A DNA stretch of 64,000 bases from Eledone cirrhosa (lineage: Eukaryota). This document shows, one piece after another, positions 51,341 to 64,000 of the stretch; positions within the stretch are counted from its first letter, which is position 1; each line of letters starts with the position of its first letter. The notes under the pieces are model-generated. The model saw nothing but the letters and a program-made list of their open reading frames with translations, was not told the DNA's origin and searched no databases. Position numbers and translations under genes: made by a program. Where the stretch lies: positions 19,096,001-19,160,000 of the forward strand of contig OZ024755.1 in the NCBI GenBank assembly GCA_964016885.1, in the 5' to 3' direction.

Positions 51341-52404
51341 CTTTTGCACCATAAGATACTGAAGTCCAGTATACTACATTAGAACTTTTACTAGTTTCAG
51401 TCATTAGACTGCAACCATGCTGGTGAACTGCCTTGATTTAGTTTATCATATTGACCCCACTACTAATTTTTTCAATTCTGGTACTTATTTTATCGATCTC
51501 TTTTCTGCCATAGGGGACATTAACACAGACATAACCATATTCACAGACATGAACACACATATATATAATTATCATCATCATCATTTTACAGTTGCTTTCC
51601 TTGCTGTCATGGTCTTTAAATAGATAGACCAGAGCGACCTTGTCTTGTTTATACACTCCATATTAATATATATATATATCATCACCGTTTTACGTCCATT
51701 TTTCCACACTAGCATGGGTTAGAAGAGTTGTCCTGTTGTGGACAATGCCAGGTCAGGTGATCATGTCTTGCTCATACAGAACTGATTTGGGCTTGATTTC
51801 TACAGCTGGATGCCCTTCCTAATGCCAACCTCATTTACAGTGAGTACTGGGTGCTTTTTGTCATGATGCCTACACGACCACTTTACAGTGTGGACTGGGT
51901 GCTTTTTGTCATGACACCTACACAACCACTTTACAGTGTGTGTGTGGGGGGGGGGGGGCATACTGTGTATATGCTTCACTTTTGGCCTGTACCCATGGGA
52001 AGTTGGGTCTTCTGTATATATATATATATATCTGATGAACTTCTACAGTTTTTGTCTATCAAATTCCTCTGACAAAACATAGGTGAAACTGAGGCTATAA
52101 TGACTTGCTTAAGATGCCACATAGGGAGACTGAACACATACTTCTTAAACATTCAGTCATGTTACACCCATTTTCTCTCCTATTAAATGAAATGATCTGA
52201 ATCAACAAGATTCCAAACCTGATTTACTTACCAAGTGGTGTGGAACTCATCACATAGGACCAAAGAAACAATGTTTCCATTGGTCTTTGCAATAGCTGAT
52301 ACCATCTACCAGTCATAACTCCTGGCAATGTAAAATAAAGTGTCTTGTTCAAGAACATGACACATTGCTCGGTTCAGGAATCAAACTCACATCCTCAAGA
52401 TGGA

Positions 52405-52695
52405 AGAAACTATCTGTATCGGTTGTTAGCTGTCAGGACACTGCTTCCTTCAAAACCTCCATGCTTCCTGAAATTCGCCAACACTACACCTGAAATTCCC
52501 CTTCCATACACACACGTATGTATCTGTGTATATATCATGACTGTGTATATATCATGACTCTGTGTATATATATATATCATGACTCATCCACTGTTCACTT
52601 TCTTTACATTTGTACATTATTCTATATACTATACATGCATCTTTGATGGGCTGTAGTGCACCTGAGCACTGTATACAATAATTTCATTATTATTA
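52405..52695 (+). mobile_element. CR1 LINE 3' fragment inserted into a SINE
   Basis: Matches 26865-27108. The host SINE resumes at ~52700. Confidence 0.85.
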
Positions 52696-53732
52696 TAATA
52701 AGACTGTGAATCTAACTCTGTAACCACTAAGCTATAAAAAAAACAGAGCTAATAATATAACTACTGTTGACATTTAACATAAAAATGTTTTTACTTTTAT
52801 GTAATAAATTTGACTAAGTCTTCTTTATTATTCACTATTTATCATTACAAAAAGTCTATTAAATTCACTGAGATATTTAATGAAATAGCCAGAGAGAAAG
52901 GAAAGCAATATTTTCAATATTTTCTTTATTAATTCTTTCAACAAGAACAACTTCTTCAATTTTATATGAAAGAAAACATTGCTTTTTCTGTTTTTATTCT
53001 CTAGTAACAAAATGCGGCTTGTCTAATAGATACACAATTTCAGTTTATGATTTTTACTGATGTATCAATTATTATAAATTTCCTAGTGAAGACTTAAGAC
53101 AGAATCACAGCTGCATTATCTTTCTTTCCCATCTTAATGAATATATTGTGTGTATGTGTGTGTATCAGTATGTGTGTGTGTATCAGTATGTGTGTGTGTA
53201 TTGGTGTGTGTGTATCAGTATGTGTGTGTGTGTGTATTGGTGTGTGTGTATGTATCGGTGTGTGTGTGTATCAGGTTGTGTACTTGTGTGTGTGTGTATC
53301 AGGGTGTGTATTTGAGTGTGTGTGTATCAGCGTCTGTGTGTGTGTGTGTTCATTTATGTGTACATATGTACATGCATGTATGTTGTTTTAGTTACTTTCT
53401 TAAAGACTGGCAGTAAATAGCTAATATCTGAATTAGTGGCTTAAGTATTGACAAAGCTTAAATGGGTGACGACAGAACTTGTTCAAAGCACAAACATTTA
53501 TTTGATGTTTATCAATTATATACACTCATAAAAACAAGACTAATTTGGACAATTTAATTTTTGTGGTTTATTATAAAGAATATAATCGACAGTCGATCGA
53601 CTTTCGTCAAATCGGACCGAGGAAACAATGTTTCCGTTGGTCTTTCCAATTGCTAGTACTCTCTATCGGTCGCAACTCCAGAATATAATTAACTATCTTA
53701 ATACACCTGGTTAACATTATCAGTGTGTAAAT

Positions 53733-53816
53733 ATTGTACAGAGTTAGATATAGTTAAATATATTTACTGAAGCCTTGGCTTCACCAATTTGAAAGACAAT
53801 GGCTTTCAGTAAATAT
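53733..53816. other. 84-bp hairpin-containing sequence, copy 1 (pre-miRNA-like)
   Basis: Two differences from 55018-55101. It folds into a ~57-nt imperfect stem-loop. Confidence 0.35.
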
Positions 53817-55017
53817 TAATTAAAGTTAGTTATTTAAATGTAAATGCTGTTGTTTTCAATAGTTGTTGTTTAGCCTCCAGTTAGCTCTTATTGAGCTGAG
53901 ATTTATGATAAAAAAATATTCCTGCAATGATCAACCTGTCATTTTAAGGGTATCTAGTAATATGTTAAGGCAGCGAATTGACAGAGTCATTAGAGTGTCA
54001 GATAGAATGCTTTATGGTATTTGTTCTGGCTCGCTGAGTTCAAATCCCGCTGAGGCCAACTTTGCCCCTCATCCTCTCGAGGTTGAAAAAAAAAAAGTAC
54101 CAGTCTAATATTGGGGTCGATTCTTCCTCTATTTCTCTATCTCATTTCCTCTCTCTCCCTTTCTATCTTTCTCTGGAAGAAATCTGTTGTACTCAGGCCC
54201 GGAGAGGGATGGGCTCTGCCAGGCAAAAAACACTATGTCAATACAATGCCCCTATGACTCTATCAAGAGTTACGGGACCATATATACAGTACTATGTTAT
54301 CCATTGTGTCTCTCCTTGTTTAAGATAAAGGAGTTTGATTTGAAGGAGATTTTACTGCTATTTCTAGCAAATTGACTGACCACATAAAGACTCCATAATT
54401 TTTTAGTAAAGTTCATTAGTAAGACCATTAAAGTCAATGACATACCACTGAAGACTTTATATAGTGATTCCATGAAAATGTCTGGAGTGGTTTACATACT
54501 GACTCAGAAAAATTTGATCTCGGCATTGCAGGTTAACAAAGTTATTGTCAATTATACAACACCCCTGCAACTCACTGCTTATAGTTGTTGTTGCTGATGT
54601 TGTTGTTATTACTACAGCACCCCTCTGTGAAGGCTTAACTGGCCCTAAGGTTGCATGAATGTTTGACTAAAATAACTCTAAGGAGGTCCACCCTACAACT
54701 AGATGGATTAAACCCACTTGTATATGGAGACAGTACAACACCAGTGGTTGGATATAACACAGTTGGTCTTTTGACTAAAATAGCTCAATGGAGGTCCACT
54801 TCACATCTAGATCGTCTAAACCCAGTTGTAATGGAGACAGTACCAAACCATTGAACTTTTGATTCAAAGAACAACATCGAAATGACTCGGTCAATTGTGG
54901 CTCTTTTAATGATATGATAGACACAGAATAATTGGAATAATATGAATAATATTGGAATAATACATTATATAATAATATTGGAATAATAACATTAGAAAAG
55001 TTCTAGATGACTGAATC

Positions 55018-55101
55018 ATTGTACAGAGTTAGATATAGTTAATTATATTTACTGAAGCCTTGGCTTCACCAATTTGAAAGACAATGTCTTTCAGTAAATA
55101 T
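55018..55101. other. 84-bp hairpin-containing sequence, copy 2 (pre-miRNA-like)
   Basis: Direct repeat of 53733-53816. Confidence 0.35.
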
Positions 55102-55274
55102 ATTTAAATATCATGAATAAAGGAAATAATATTTTACACTGAAACAAATTTTCTAATCCAATATTTAAAGCATCTTATCAGAAATTCAACGTTATAGACA
55201 TTAAAAAAAAACAGCAAACATTTCAAAAACTGTAAAATTAGAGTTTTTGTCTTTGGTACAAAAATCAATGATAA

Positions 55275-55536
55275 GAATTGAGTGTACCTAACAATATTGA
55301 GTGCACTTAAATATACATATTGTGTGTCCTTAAATATATTGAGTATATCTAAAACTATTGAGTGTACCTAAAATATTGAGTGTACCTCAAATATTGAGTG
55401 TACCTAAAAATATTGAGTGTACCTAAAATTATTGAGTGTACCCAAAATATTGGGTGTACCTAAAATATTGAGTGTACCTAAAATATTGAGTGTACCTAAA
55501 ATATTGGGTGTACCTAAAATATTGAGTGTACCTAAA
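55275..55536. repeat. ~18-bp minisatellite
   Basis: AAAATATTGAGTGTACCT, about 13 units. Confidence 0.9.
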
Positions 55537-55634
55537 CATATATCAAAATATTAGGCAAGACATTTCTTTTGAAGCAACAGTTATATTATATATATTAGTT
55601 TATTCCAATTGTATGTATGTATGATGTGTATATA

Positions 55635-56333
55635 TCATCATCATCATCATCATCAACGTTTAACGTCCGTGTTGCACGCTTGCATGGGTTTTGACGGGGG
55701 TTTTCCCACTTGAGGCAAGAGTGATTGTCTTGCTCGCATAGGACTGTCTGGCGGGTTTTCTACAGCTGGATGCCCTTCCTAACACCAACCACATTTACAG
55801 TGTGGGGCTGGGAGGTTTTTACCGTGTTGCCTACACGGCCACATTACAGCGTGGACTGTCTGGCGGGTTTTCTACAGCTGGATGCCCTTCCTAACACCAA
55901 CCACATTTACAGTGTGGGGCTGGGAGGTTTTTACCGTGTTGCCTACACGGCCACATTTACAGCGTGGACTGTGTGTTTTTTTTGTCGTGACACCTACATG
56001 ATCTCATTTGTTTCGGCCTGGATGTTGTGGCACCAACATAACTTTACATTGAAAGGGGCGGTGTGGATGGGGTGGGGGTGGTGGGACGGGGGTGTATTTT
56101 GTTAGAGATGCCTACTGACTGTAGTAGGTTTTACTTTGTATTTAGATAAGGCGGGTCTTCTCTATTACTGAGTACCGCCAAAGGTCTCGGTCCAGTGACA
56201 TTGTCTTGGAGAGGTGTAAGTGTGTGAGGTCGGAATTTATCAGCTCGTCCCAGGTTTTTCTGGGTCTGCCTACTCCGTAGCTACCGTCTATCTTTATTGC
56301 CCTGCACTTTGTTATACAGCTGTCGTCTTTCAT
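55635..56333 (-). mobile_element. RTE-X LINE 3' end with a ~110-bp internal duplication
   Basis: MKDDSCITKCRAIKIDGSYGVGRPRKTWDELI...DRDLWR. Duplicated block starts at 55741 and 55852. Confidence 0.9.
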
Positions 56334-58090
56334 ATATATATATATATGTATGTCCTTTTGGTTATTGTTCAAACCAGCTGTAACCAGCCGCTCATGTTCA
56401 TGATAAGGTATTGTTCTCAAAATAAATAATATCAAAATCTCAGATTCGATATTGTGAGATAAAGCCTTTACCATGAAAATACAATAGTAAATATAGAGTA
56501 GTGTAAATACTAAAGGGTTAGATATAATATAATTTTTCATACTCTATTACTAAACGTAAATATAACTAATAGTAAATAGTTATGGACAGACATTAATGGA
56601 AAATGACATAATTGATAACCAATGAGAATATATGAAATACAACTATAGCTTAACAGTTGTTGTATCTAATTTCAGAAACCATGCTAATAATACCCTTGCT
56701 AGTAAAAGCTAAAGTTAATTTTAAAATAACATCAATAGCTTTGTGTCATTTGGAAACTAAACTTTTATTAATTTTTCCTCCTAATGAAACATTAATTAGA
56801 TGATTAAACATTTATCATAACAAAATATTTTAATAAGAATTAAAAAATATATATTTAATTATATGAATTGGATAAATAAAATATTTTCTCCATTGTAGTC
56901 ATTCTCATCATCATATGTCCTTGTTTTTATGCTTGTATGGGTTGGGGGGTGGGGGGGGGGGGATCATCACCACCATCATCATCATCATGTTTACGATCAT
57001 ACTCTCTGGCAAGGATGTCCTTCCTATCACCAACCAATTTACAATGTGGACTGTATGTATTTTATCATGTCATCAGTACTTGAGAGTTTGTCTGCCAAGA
57101 CTTATGAGCCCTTTCTGCTCTGTATCGGTTTTTATTCAGTGTGTATGCACTCCTAAATAAGTTGGCTTTGCTATGGCTTACAAAGTTCACACCAACCCTC
57201 TGCTAGTGTATGTGGAGGGGTATTTTCATTAATCATAAAATTAGAATAGTAACATATATACAAAGACTTATATATACAAATACTATAATAAGGATTCAAA
57301 CCTGAGTTGCCACAGCCAAAACAGAGGACCCAAACTATTGGATGACCACCGTTATATCATTTTAATTAACAATTAGTAATAAAACAACAAGGTATCTTCT
57401 ATGGTGTTGCACGACCTGCTAAAATTAACAACCAAATTTCCCTCCAATCATACCTTACCATCTTAAAAAGAGAAGTTAAATAATATAGTTCTAGATAGAG
57501 TGTGCATGAAAAAGGAAGGCAGAACTGTTATAGATGGAATGCCTTTGATTATAGGGCTATTGAATCAGAGATAACCTAGAGCTAAACAACATCTTATATA
57601 TAACAAAAACATTACCCTCATAAGTAATCCCTTTAAGAATGGCATGACTATCACAGATCCCATTTGCCTCTAAAATTCTTCAGCTTAATACCTACATAGA
57701 AAAATTAATGCAAAAAGAAAAAAAAAATATCCAGTGTGTTCTCTTTGAAAACCTATATCAGAATCACATCCAACTAAGGTCATAAATGTATATAGAGTTT
57801 TAGTATATAATGAACAATGCTACTATTTTGAAACTTTCATCATTATATCATTATGATCATCATCGTTTTTATATCCACTTTCCCTATTAGCATGGGTTGG
57901 ATGAGACTTTTTGGCACAGTCATAACCAGATACCTTTCCTGACACCAACATGTACTTTATTTTCAAGCATGTTATATATTTCTGATCTTTAACTAAACTG
58001 TGGAACATTGTTTACACAGGACCAAAAACAAATGTTACTACTTGCTTCAAATGAAGACATCGCTCAGAAAAAGACAGGCACACACATGCA

Positions 58091-58139
<49 letters not shown>

Positions 58140-59033
58140 AGTGGGGTATGATGAGATTTGTGACAGTTTCCATCTACAAAATTCCCTCATTGATAGGCCT
58201 GAGGTTAAAGTAAAAGGCACTTGCTCAAGATGCCACACAGTGGAATGGAACCCCCAAATCACATGGTTGTAAAACAGCTTCTTAACCACATGTCTGTGCC
58301 TATAGATCAATAGAACATACTAAAGACTATAAACCTCTTATTCTCCAATCAGATATAAGGAATTCAGATACTGAAATTATGATTTAAAATGGAAGGGCCA
58401 CAAAAAACGATGAATCTCGAAATACAATTTTTATTGAGAAACTATCTATAGAACTTGGCTATTTTTATTTTTTTAGCTATTCATATTTAACATAAATACA
58501 CATCTGAATTATATTAAGCATAAATACACATTTAATTTATATTTAGCATAAATACATATCTATTTAGCATAAATACACGTCTAATTTATATTTAACATTA
58601 AATACTCCACAGTTTATGATAATCTAATATTTCTAAAACTACATCTAAGTGGTTAATAGGGATACATCTGTGCTTTTATCAACCATCATGATGCATACAT
58701 AGATAATACAGAATCAGATTGTATATAATTATACACCCACATCTGTACATAATTTACAGACATTTTCATACATGCTATACTTATACATGCAAGTGGTATT
58801 ATCTAGAAAGGAAAAATAGGTTAAACCCTCAAAGATAACTGATTTAAATCTTGTATGTCTCAATAACCAAATAAATGTGGAAAATACTCAGATACAGATA
58901 GATATATACATATATACTATATACTAATATGTGTATATATCTCCATCTCTCAATCTATATATCTATTTATCTACATCTCTCTCTCTCTACACACACACAC
59001 ATATATATATATATATGTACTTACATCTATCTA

Positions 59034-59113
<80 letters not shown>

Positions 59114-59499
59114 TATGTTGTGTGTGGGTGTCTGTTTACATATGACTCATCAATCTAACCTATAGTATCATATGAAACGTGTATATATTAATGAGACTAG
59201 ACAGTTTTATTAAAACACAATACAATACAAAAACGAAGGCCAACCAATGTGTTTGTACATCTTTCAGTTCACTTCTTACAAAAACAATACATCAATATCC
59301 TCAATATATTTGGTACTTAATGCAAAATGAATACAATTTTAGAGATCTTTCACTAAACTTCTTAGCAACCTTCACCTCCTTAACCTCCACAATGGCAGAT
59401 TTGTAGAGTCGTTAGATTAAATGTTTTGCAGCATCTGGTCTGGCTGTCTGTGTTCTGGTTTCAAATTCCATTGAGGTCAACTTTGCCTATTATCTTTTG

Positions 59500-60970
59500 A
59501 GGTTCTTCTTCTTTTCTTCGCCCACTTATTCCTGGGAAGGACGTGGGGGCAGAGTCCTCAAACACTCCTTCCAGTGGGTCCTGTCAGAAGCAACTGTCTC
59601 CAACTGACCTGGCTGGATCTCCAAGTGACAACAGCCAATCTTATGTATGTTATCCAACCATCTTGCTCAGGGTCTACTCTAGGGTCTCCTGCCAGTTGGT
59701 TTTGCCAGTAAAATCTGTCCAGCGATTCTTTCCTGAGCCATTCTAACCACATGCCCATAGTATCGGAACTGTGATCTCCTAATTCAGAGAAGTACCGGCT
59801 CTACCTGGAGTGACTCTCTGATCTCCAAGCTATGCACTCTATTGAGTAATGTTACTTCAAAGACCCTTCGGAGGAACCCCATTTCGACTGCTTGTATTCG
59901 CGATTGTATTCTTCTGGTCATTACTCAAGATTCATGACCATAGGTAAGGGTTGGCACGAATACCGAATTGAAGATAGTGAGTTTGGTCTTTATATCTACC
60001 TCCCTTCTTTTAATTACTGAATGCTGAAGCTGATGCATTACTGCACCAGCTACTGCAACAATTCTTGCACTTAATTCAGCCTCCTGCTTTCCATCACTTG
60101 TAAACATGGTCCCGAGACACTTGAACTTCTCTAGCTGCTTCAGTAGAACTCCATTTACATGTACAATTCACTGCACAGTCTTTCTTGAAAGTGCAAGTGT
60201 CTCAGTTTTTGCAGCACTGATTTTCATTCTAGACATGCAGCACTCGGCATCAATCTTATCAAGTGTAAGTTGGAAATCACCTTCTGTTGAGTTAAGAAAC
60301 GCCATGTTGTCGGCAAATTCCAGCCGACTGATTTTACACTCGTCAATCATGATACCACTTCCAGCCTGGCTGCAAATGTCAATCCTGTCCATGTAAATAA
60401 TGAACAGGAGAGGTGACAGTACGCACCCTTGGCAGAATCCGACTCCTACATTGAATGGTTTTGATTTAGCACCATTTATCCAAACACAAATACTTGGGAA
60501 TGTGTATAGAGACATCAGGGCAGCAAGAAGTTGATTATCGATCTCATACTCCTGCAGAACCTTCCACAGTAACTTCCAAGGAACACGATCATATGCCCTT
60601 TCAAGGTCGACAAAACAAGAATATACCTCTTCGCAATACTCCCACGATTTCTCGAAGACTTGCCACAGTGTGAATATTTGGTTGGCTGTGCTGCATCCAG
60701 GGTGAAAACCACACTGTTCTTCAGTTAGTTTGGAATTGACAATCTCTTTGCTTCTCTTTGCCAGACACTTAGCATAGATTTACCAGGAAGGCTTACCAAG
60801 GAGATTTTTCTGTAATTGGAACATCTCTCTCGTCTCCCTTTTCGAAAATTGGGATTATCACTCTCGATTGCCATTGCTTAGGTGGCTTTCTAGAGATCCA
60901 GGCCACCCGGCACCCATGAGTCAGCCAGAGAATACCTTCTCTATTTAAGGCTTTAACATCTCTTTGAGGT
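59500..60970 (-). mobile_element. RTE-clade LINE, 5'-truncated RT region to 3' end
   Basis: W..RVIIPIFEKGD, FVDLE.AYD, GFCQGCVLSPLLFIIYMD, LEFADN, VPTLTYGHES, RPRGRP...W. (AAG)n tail at ~59503-59519. Confidence 0.9.
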
Positions 60971-61772
60971 CGATAAATAAAACACTTGACCAAGGGGGGA
61001 TGAATTGGTGGAATTGTTCAAGCATCGGCAGACCACCTTGCAATATCTCTTCTGGCTCTGTATGTTTTGAGTTCAATCCTGCCTCCTGTCACTAGAAAGA
61101 TGGTGATGCTTCTACTAGGAGTTGAGACAAGCAGATAATATCACCAATTGAAAGACCAATGAAAACATAGCTTTCTAGAAACAATATAGGGATTGGCTGT
61201 TTACTTTTATTGGACTAAACTCTTCCATGTTTAGTCAAATTCCACCTTTCAAAATATGTGTGGTGTGTGTATGTATGTGCACTGGTGTGTATGTATGGTG
61301 TGTGTGTATGATGGAAGTATGTGTGTGTTTGTTTCTCAACATCATTTCTAATGTTCATGAAGCTCTACTATAACAATTCAATATTGAAAATGGAGGGAAA
61401 AAGAATATTTCCAATTTCTGTTCATTCTTTTTATATATTTCTAAAGTGTAAATTGTAACCTGACAGACAGGATACTAATTTTCAGCCAAAGACAGAATAA
61501 GTACCAAGAAATTTCTACAGTATGTTATACATTCAAATCTTTTTTTGTTTTTGTTTTCAACATTAACCAAAAGTGTAGTTCTGTACTTCAAATGTTGTTA
61601 TTATTCTTTGTTATGGGTAGTTTTGTTGTTGTTGGACATATGAAATAAAATACATTCAATGTTGATGATGAAAACAGATAAAAATCAAATATTTAAATTT
61701 ACAAATAGGCCCTTTAAAAAGTCTAAATAATGATGAATATTAAGTTTAATTCCACATGTGTATGTGTGTGTG

Positions 61773-61935
<163 letters not shown>

Positions 61936-63186
61936 TGAAAAACCTGGAAAATAAAAGTTTGAGAGAATGATCTATAATGACAGCAATCTAATAATTGCAG
62001 TAAAATCAATATGACAGAGAAGTTATGTGGTGTGGAAAGTGTTAATATTTGGATTTTTAAAAATTTAACTATGAAAAGCATAATGAACACACAGAAATTA
62101 TTTTTTAAATCTAAATTATTGAAGAAATCCTTCAAAATAGAGAATATAATTTTGAGAAAACTCACTCAGTGTTGATCAGACAGCAGAAAGGTTTCTTGAT
62201 AACATTCTTTAATCTTTCCTTTTGACTTAGAGCTGATTTTCAGAATTACTAATTTAAGAAATGTTCAACTGAAGTTGTTTTGGTTGAAAAAATGCTTACA
62301 TTCAATTATTTAATCTTTGGGAAATTTAGTATTCATGATTGGTTTGCTAAGAGATTCAGTGTAAATTTTTGTTACTGAAAATAGAAAAATAAATTTGTCA
62401 AGTTAAAAAAAAATCCATACTAACATAGAAATATGTAGGAGACTTTATTCATAATCATCATCACCATTTTTACATCAGCTTTTACATGCTTATCTCAGTG
62501 TATTGTCCCTAGTAAAGAATCTCTTCACGTGTTTCTTTTCTTTGTTATCTCCTTTGTGAGGTTCAATTTCTTGAAATCAGCTTTCACTATCCTTTGCCAA
62601 TTTCTTTCTTGATCTATCTCTTCCATAGTTTCCTTCCATTTGAAATTTTTGGCACTCCTTCATCCAACAATTACCATCTATATGCATTACATGTCCACCC
62701 CAAAACAACCTTCTCTCTTGCACACTACATCTGATTTCTCTTTTGCCTAGGTTTCCTCTCAGCTCATCTATGCTTCATTGTCCCTATATAATACACATCC
62801 AATAGGGCATACTTAATTTGTTTCTATCCAGCCTTTGCATATCCTCACCTATGTGATATTGTACTTCTCATGCAAGAATGAAACAAATTTGCTTCCAAAT
62901 AAAAAAAATTTTCCACTCTTTCTTATTCTAGCTACTAAGCTCCTAGAGCAAACTCTTCCTCTGTTAATTTGGTTGTCTAGATATCAACTTCTATGGAAAA
63001 TGTTTATTTCCTTTGTGTTCTTAGTACTAACCATCCCTGTTAATCTGCTACATACACCATCTACCTTCTCTATTAACCTATTAGTAATACCACAACACCA
63101 CTTGTATACCCATATTTCACTTCATATAGAATTCTTTACAAAAAAAACTATCTTTGGGGCTTAAGTTTTTTTCTAATTCCCTATTT

Positions 63187-63489
63187 TAATAATAATGAAA
63201 TTATTGTGTAAAGTGCTCAGGTGCACTACAACTTGTCAAAGGTGTATGTATAGTACATAGAATAATACACAAATGTCAGGGAAGTACATGTGTGTATGTG
63301 TTAGCTGTAGTGTTGGCAGATCTCGGGAAGCATGGAGGCCTTAAAGGATGCAGTGTCTCGACAGCTAACAACTGATGCAGGTAGTTTGTTCCATGCTTCA
63401 GCAACTCTGAGCGTGAAAAAATGTTTCCGAAAGTCATGGGAACTGTGCTGTTTTCTTACTTTGTGGGCATGTCCACTTGTGTTAGACAT
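63187..63489 (-). mobile_element. CR1 LINE 3' fragment
   Basis: SNTSGHAHKVRKQHSSHDFRKHFFTLRVAEAWNKLP. Same family as 26405-27108. Confidence 0.9.
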
Positions 63490-63847
63490 TTTATATCATC
63501 TATCAATGTAATGTTTGCTAAGGTCTTATTATGATGATAAATGTGTCATTCCTATTCACTATGCATTAAAAGTAACAATATATAACTAAATATAGATAAC
63601 ATTATCTACATAAGCTTTCCTCCATTCACTTTCACTTGTGCATCATCAATTCGATGGTTTGCAGTTTTCATAAAAACCTCACTGGGATGGAAAGGCAAGC
63701 CAATTTATGACATGATTTAAATTCAAATTGGCATTAAAAAAATCAGCACCATGTTAACTGAATTCATATCTTGTTAACGTATAAATAACAAACTTGCTAG
63801 ATATACCTGTGTGATTTCTGTAATCACACAGGTATATCAATGTCTAG

Positions 63848-64000
63848 TTAACTCTTTAGCATTTAAACCAGCCATATCTGGCCAGAATTCTCTCACTCTT
63901 TTCTGTTCAAACAGGCTGTAACTAGCCTCTCATATTGATGTTAAGGCATTATTCTCAAAATGAATAATATCGAAATCTCATATATTCGATATTATGTGAG
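63848..64000 (-). mobile_element. piggyBac-type MITE family 1, truncated by the window end
   Basis: TTAA-CTCTTTAGCATTTAAACC..., collinear with 33723-33938. Confidence 0.85.

Overview
AT-rich, repeat-dominated metazoan genomic DNA. The SINE, MITE and microsatellite content looks like a coleoid cephalopod (Octopus-like); this is pattern recognition, not a database result. There are no prokaryotic operons, rRNA genes or CRISPR arrays. Most ORF-track entries are microsatellite or repeat artefacts. Gene-like signals are (i) a stop-free ~196-codon minus-strand frame that starts at ATG 590 and runs off the left edge, and (ii) a candidate signal-peptide exon at 15007-15106 (+) downstream of a GC-box/CpG-rich patch. 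The rest is tRNA-derived SINEs, TTAA (piggyBac-type) and Tc1/pogo-type MITEs, relics of Penelope-like, RTE, RTE-X, CR1 and Tx1-like retroelements, and several minisatellites. The most notable observations are: an intact minimal type I hammerhead ribozyme with a U3-A8 core variant inside a (TA)n-embedded element (13987-14022, minus); a duplicated pre-miRNA-like hairpin (53.7 kb and 55.0 kb); TSD-SINE-TSD-SINE-TSD tandems whose TSDs all start with ATTAT; minisatellites born from SINE segments; a minisatellite with internally inverted units; a LINE ORF1 relic broken only by TGA codons; and a switch from CpG-retaining to CpG-poor sequence at about 15 kb.
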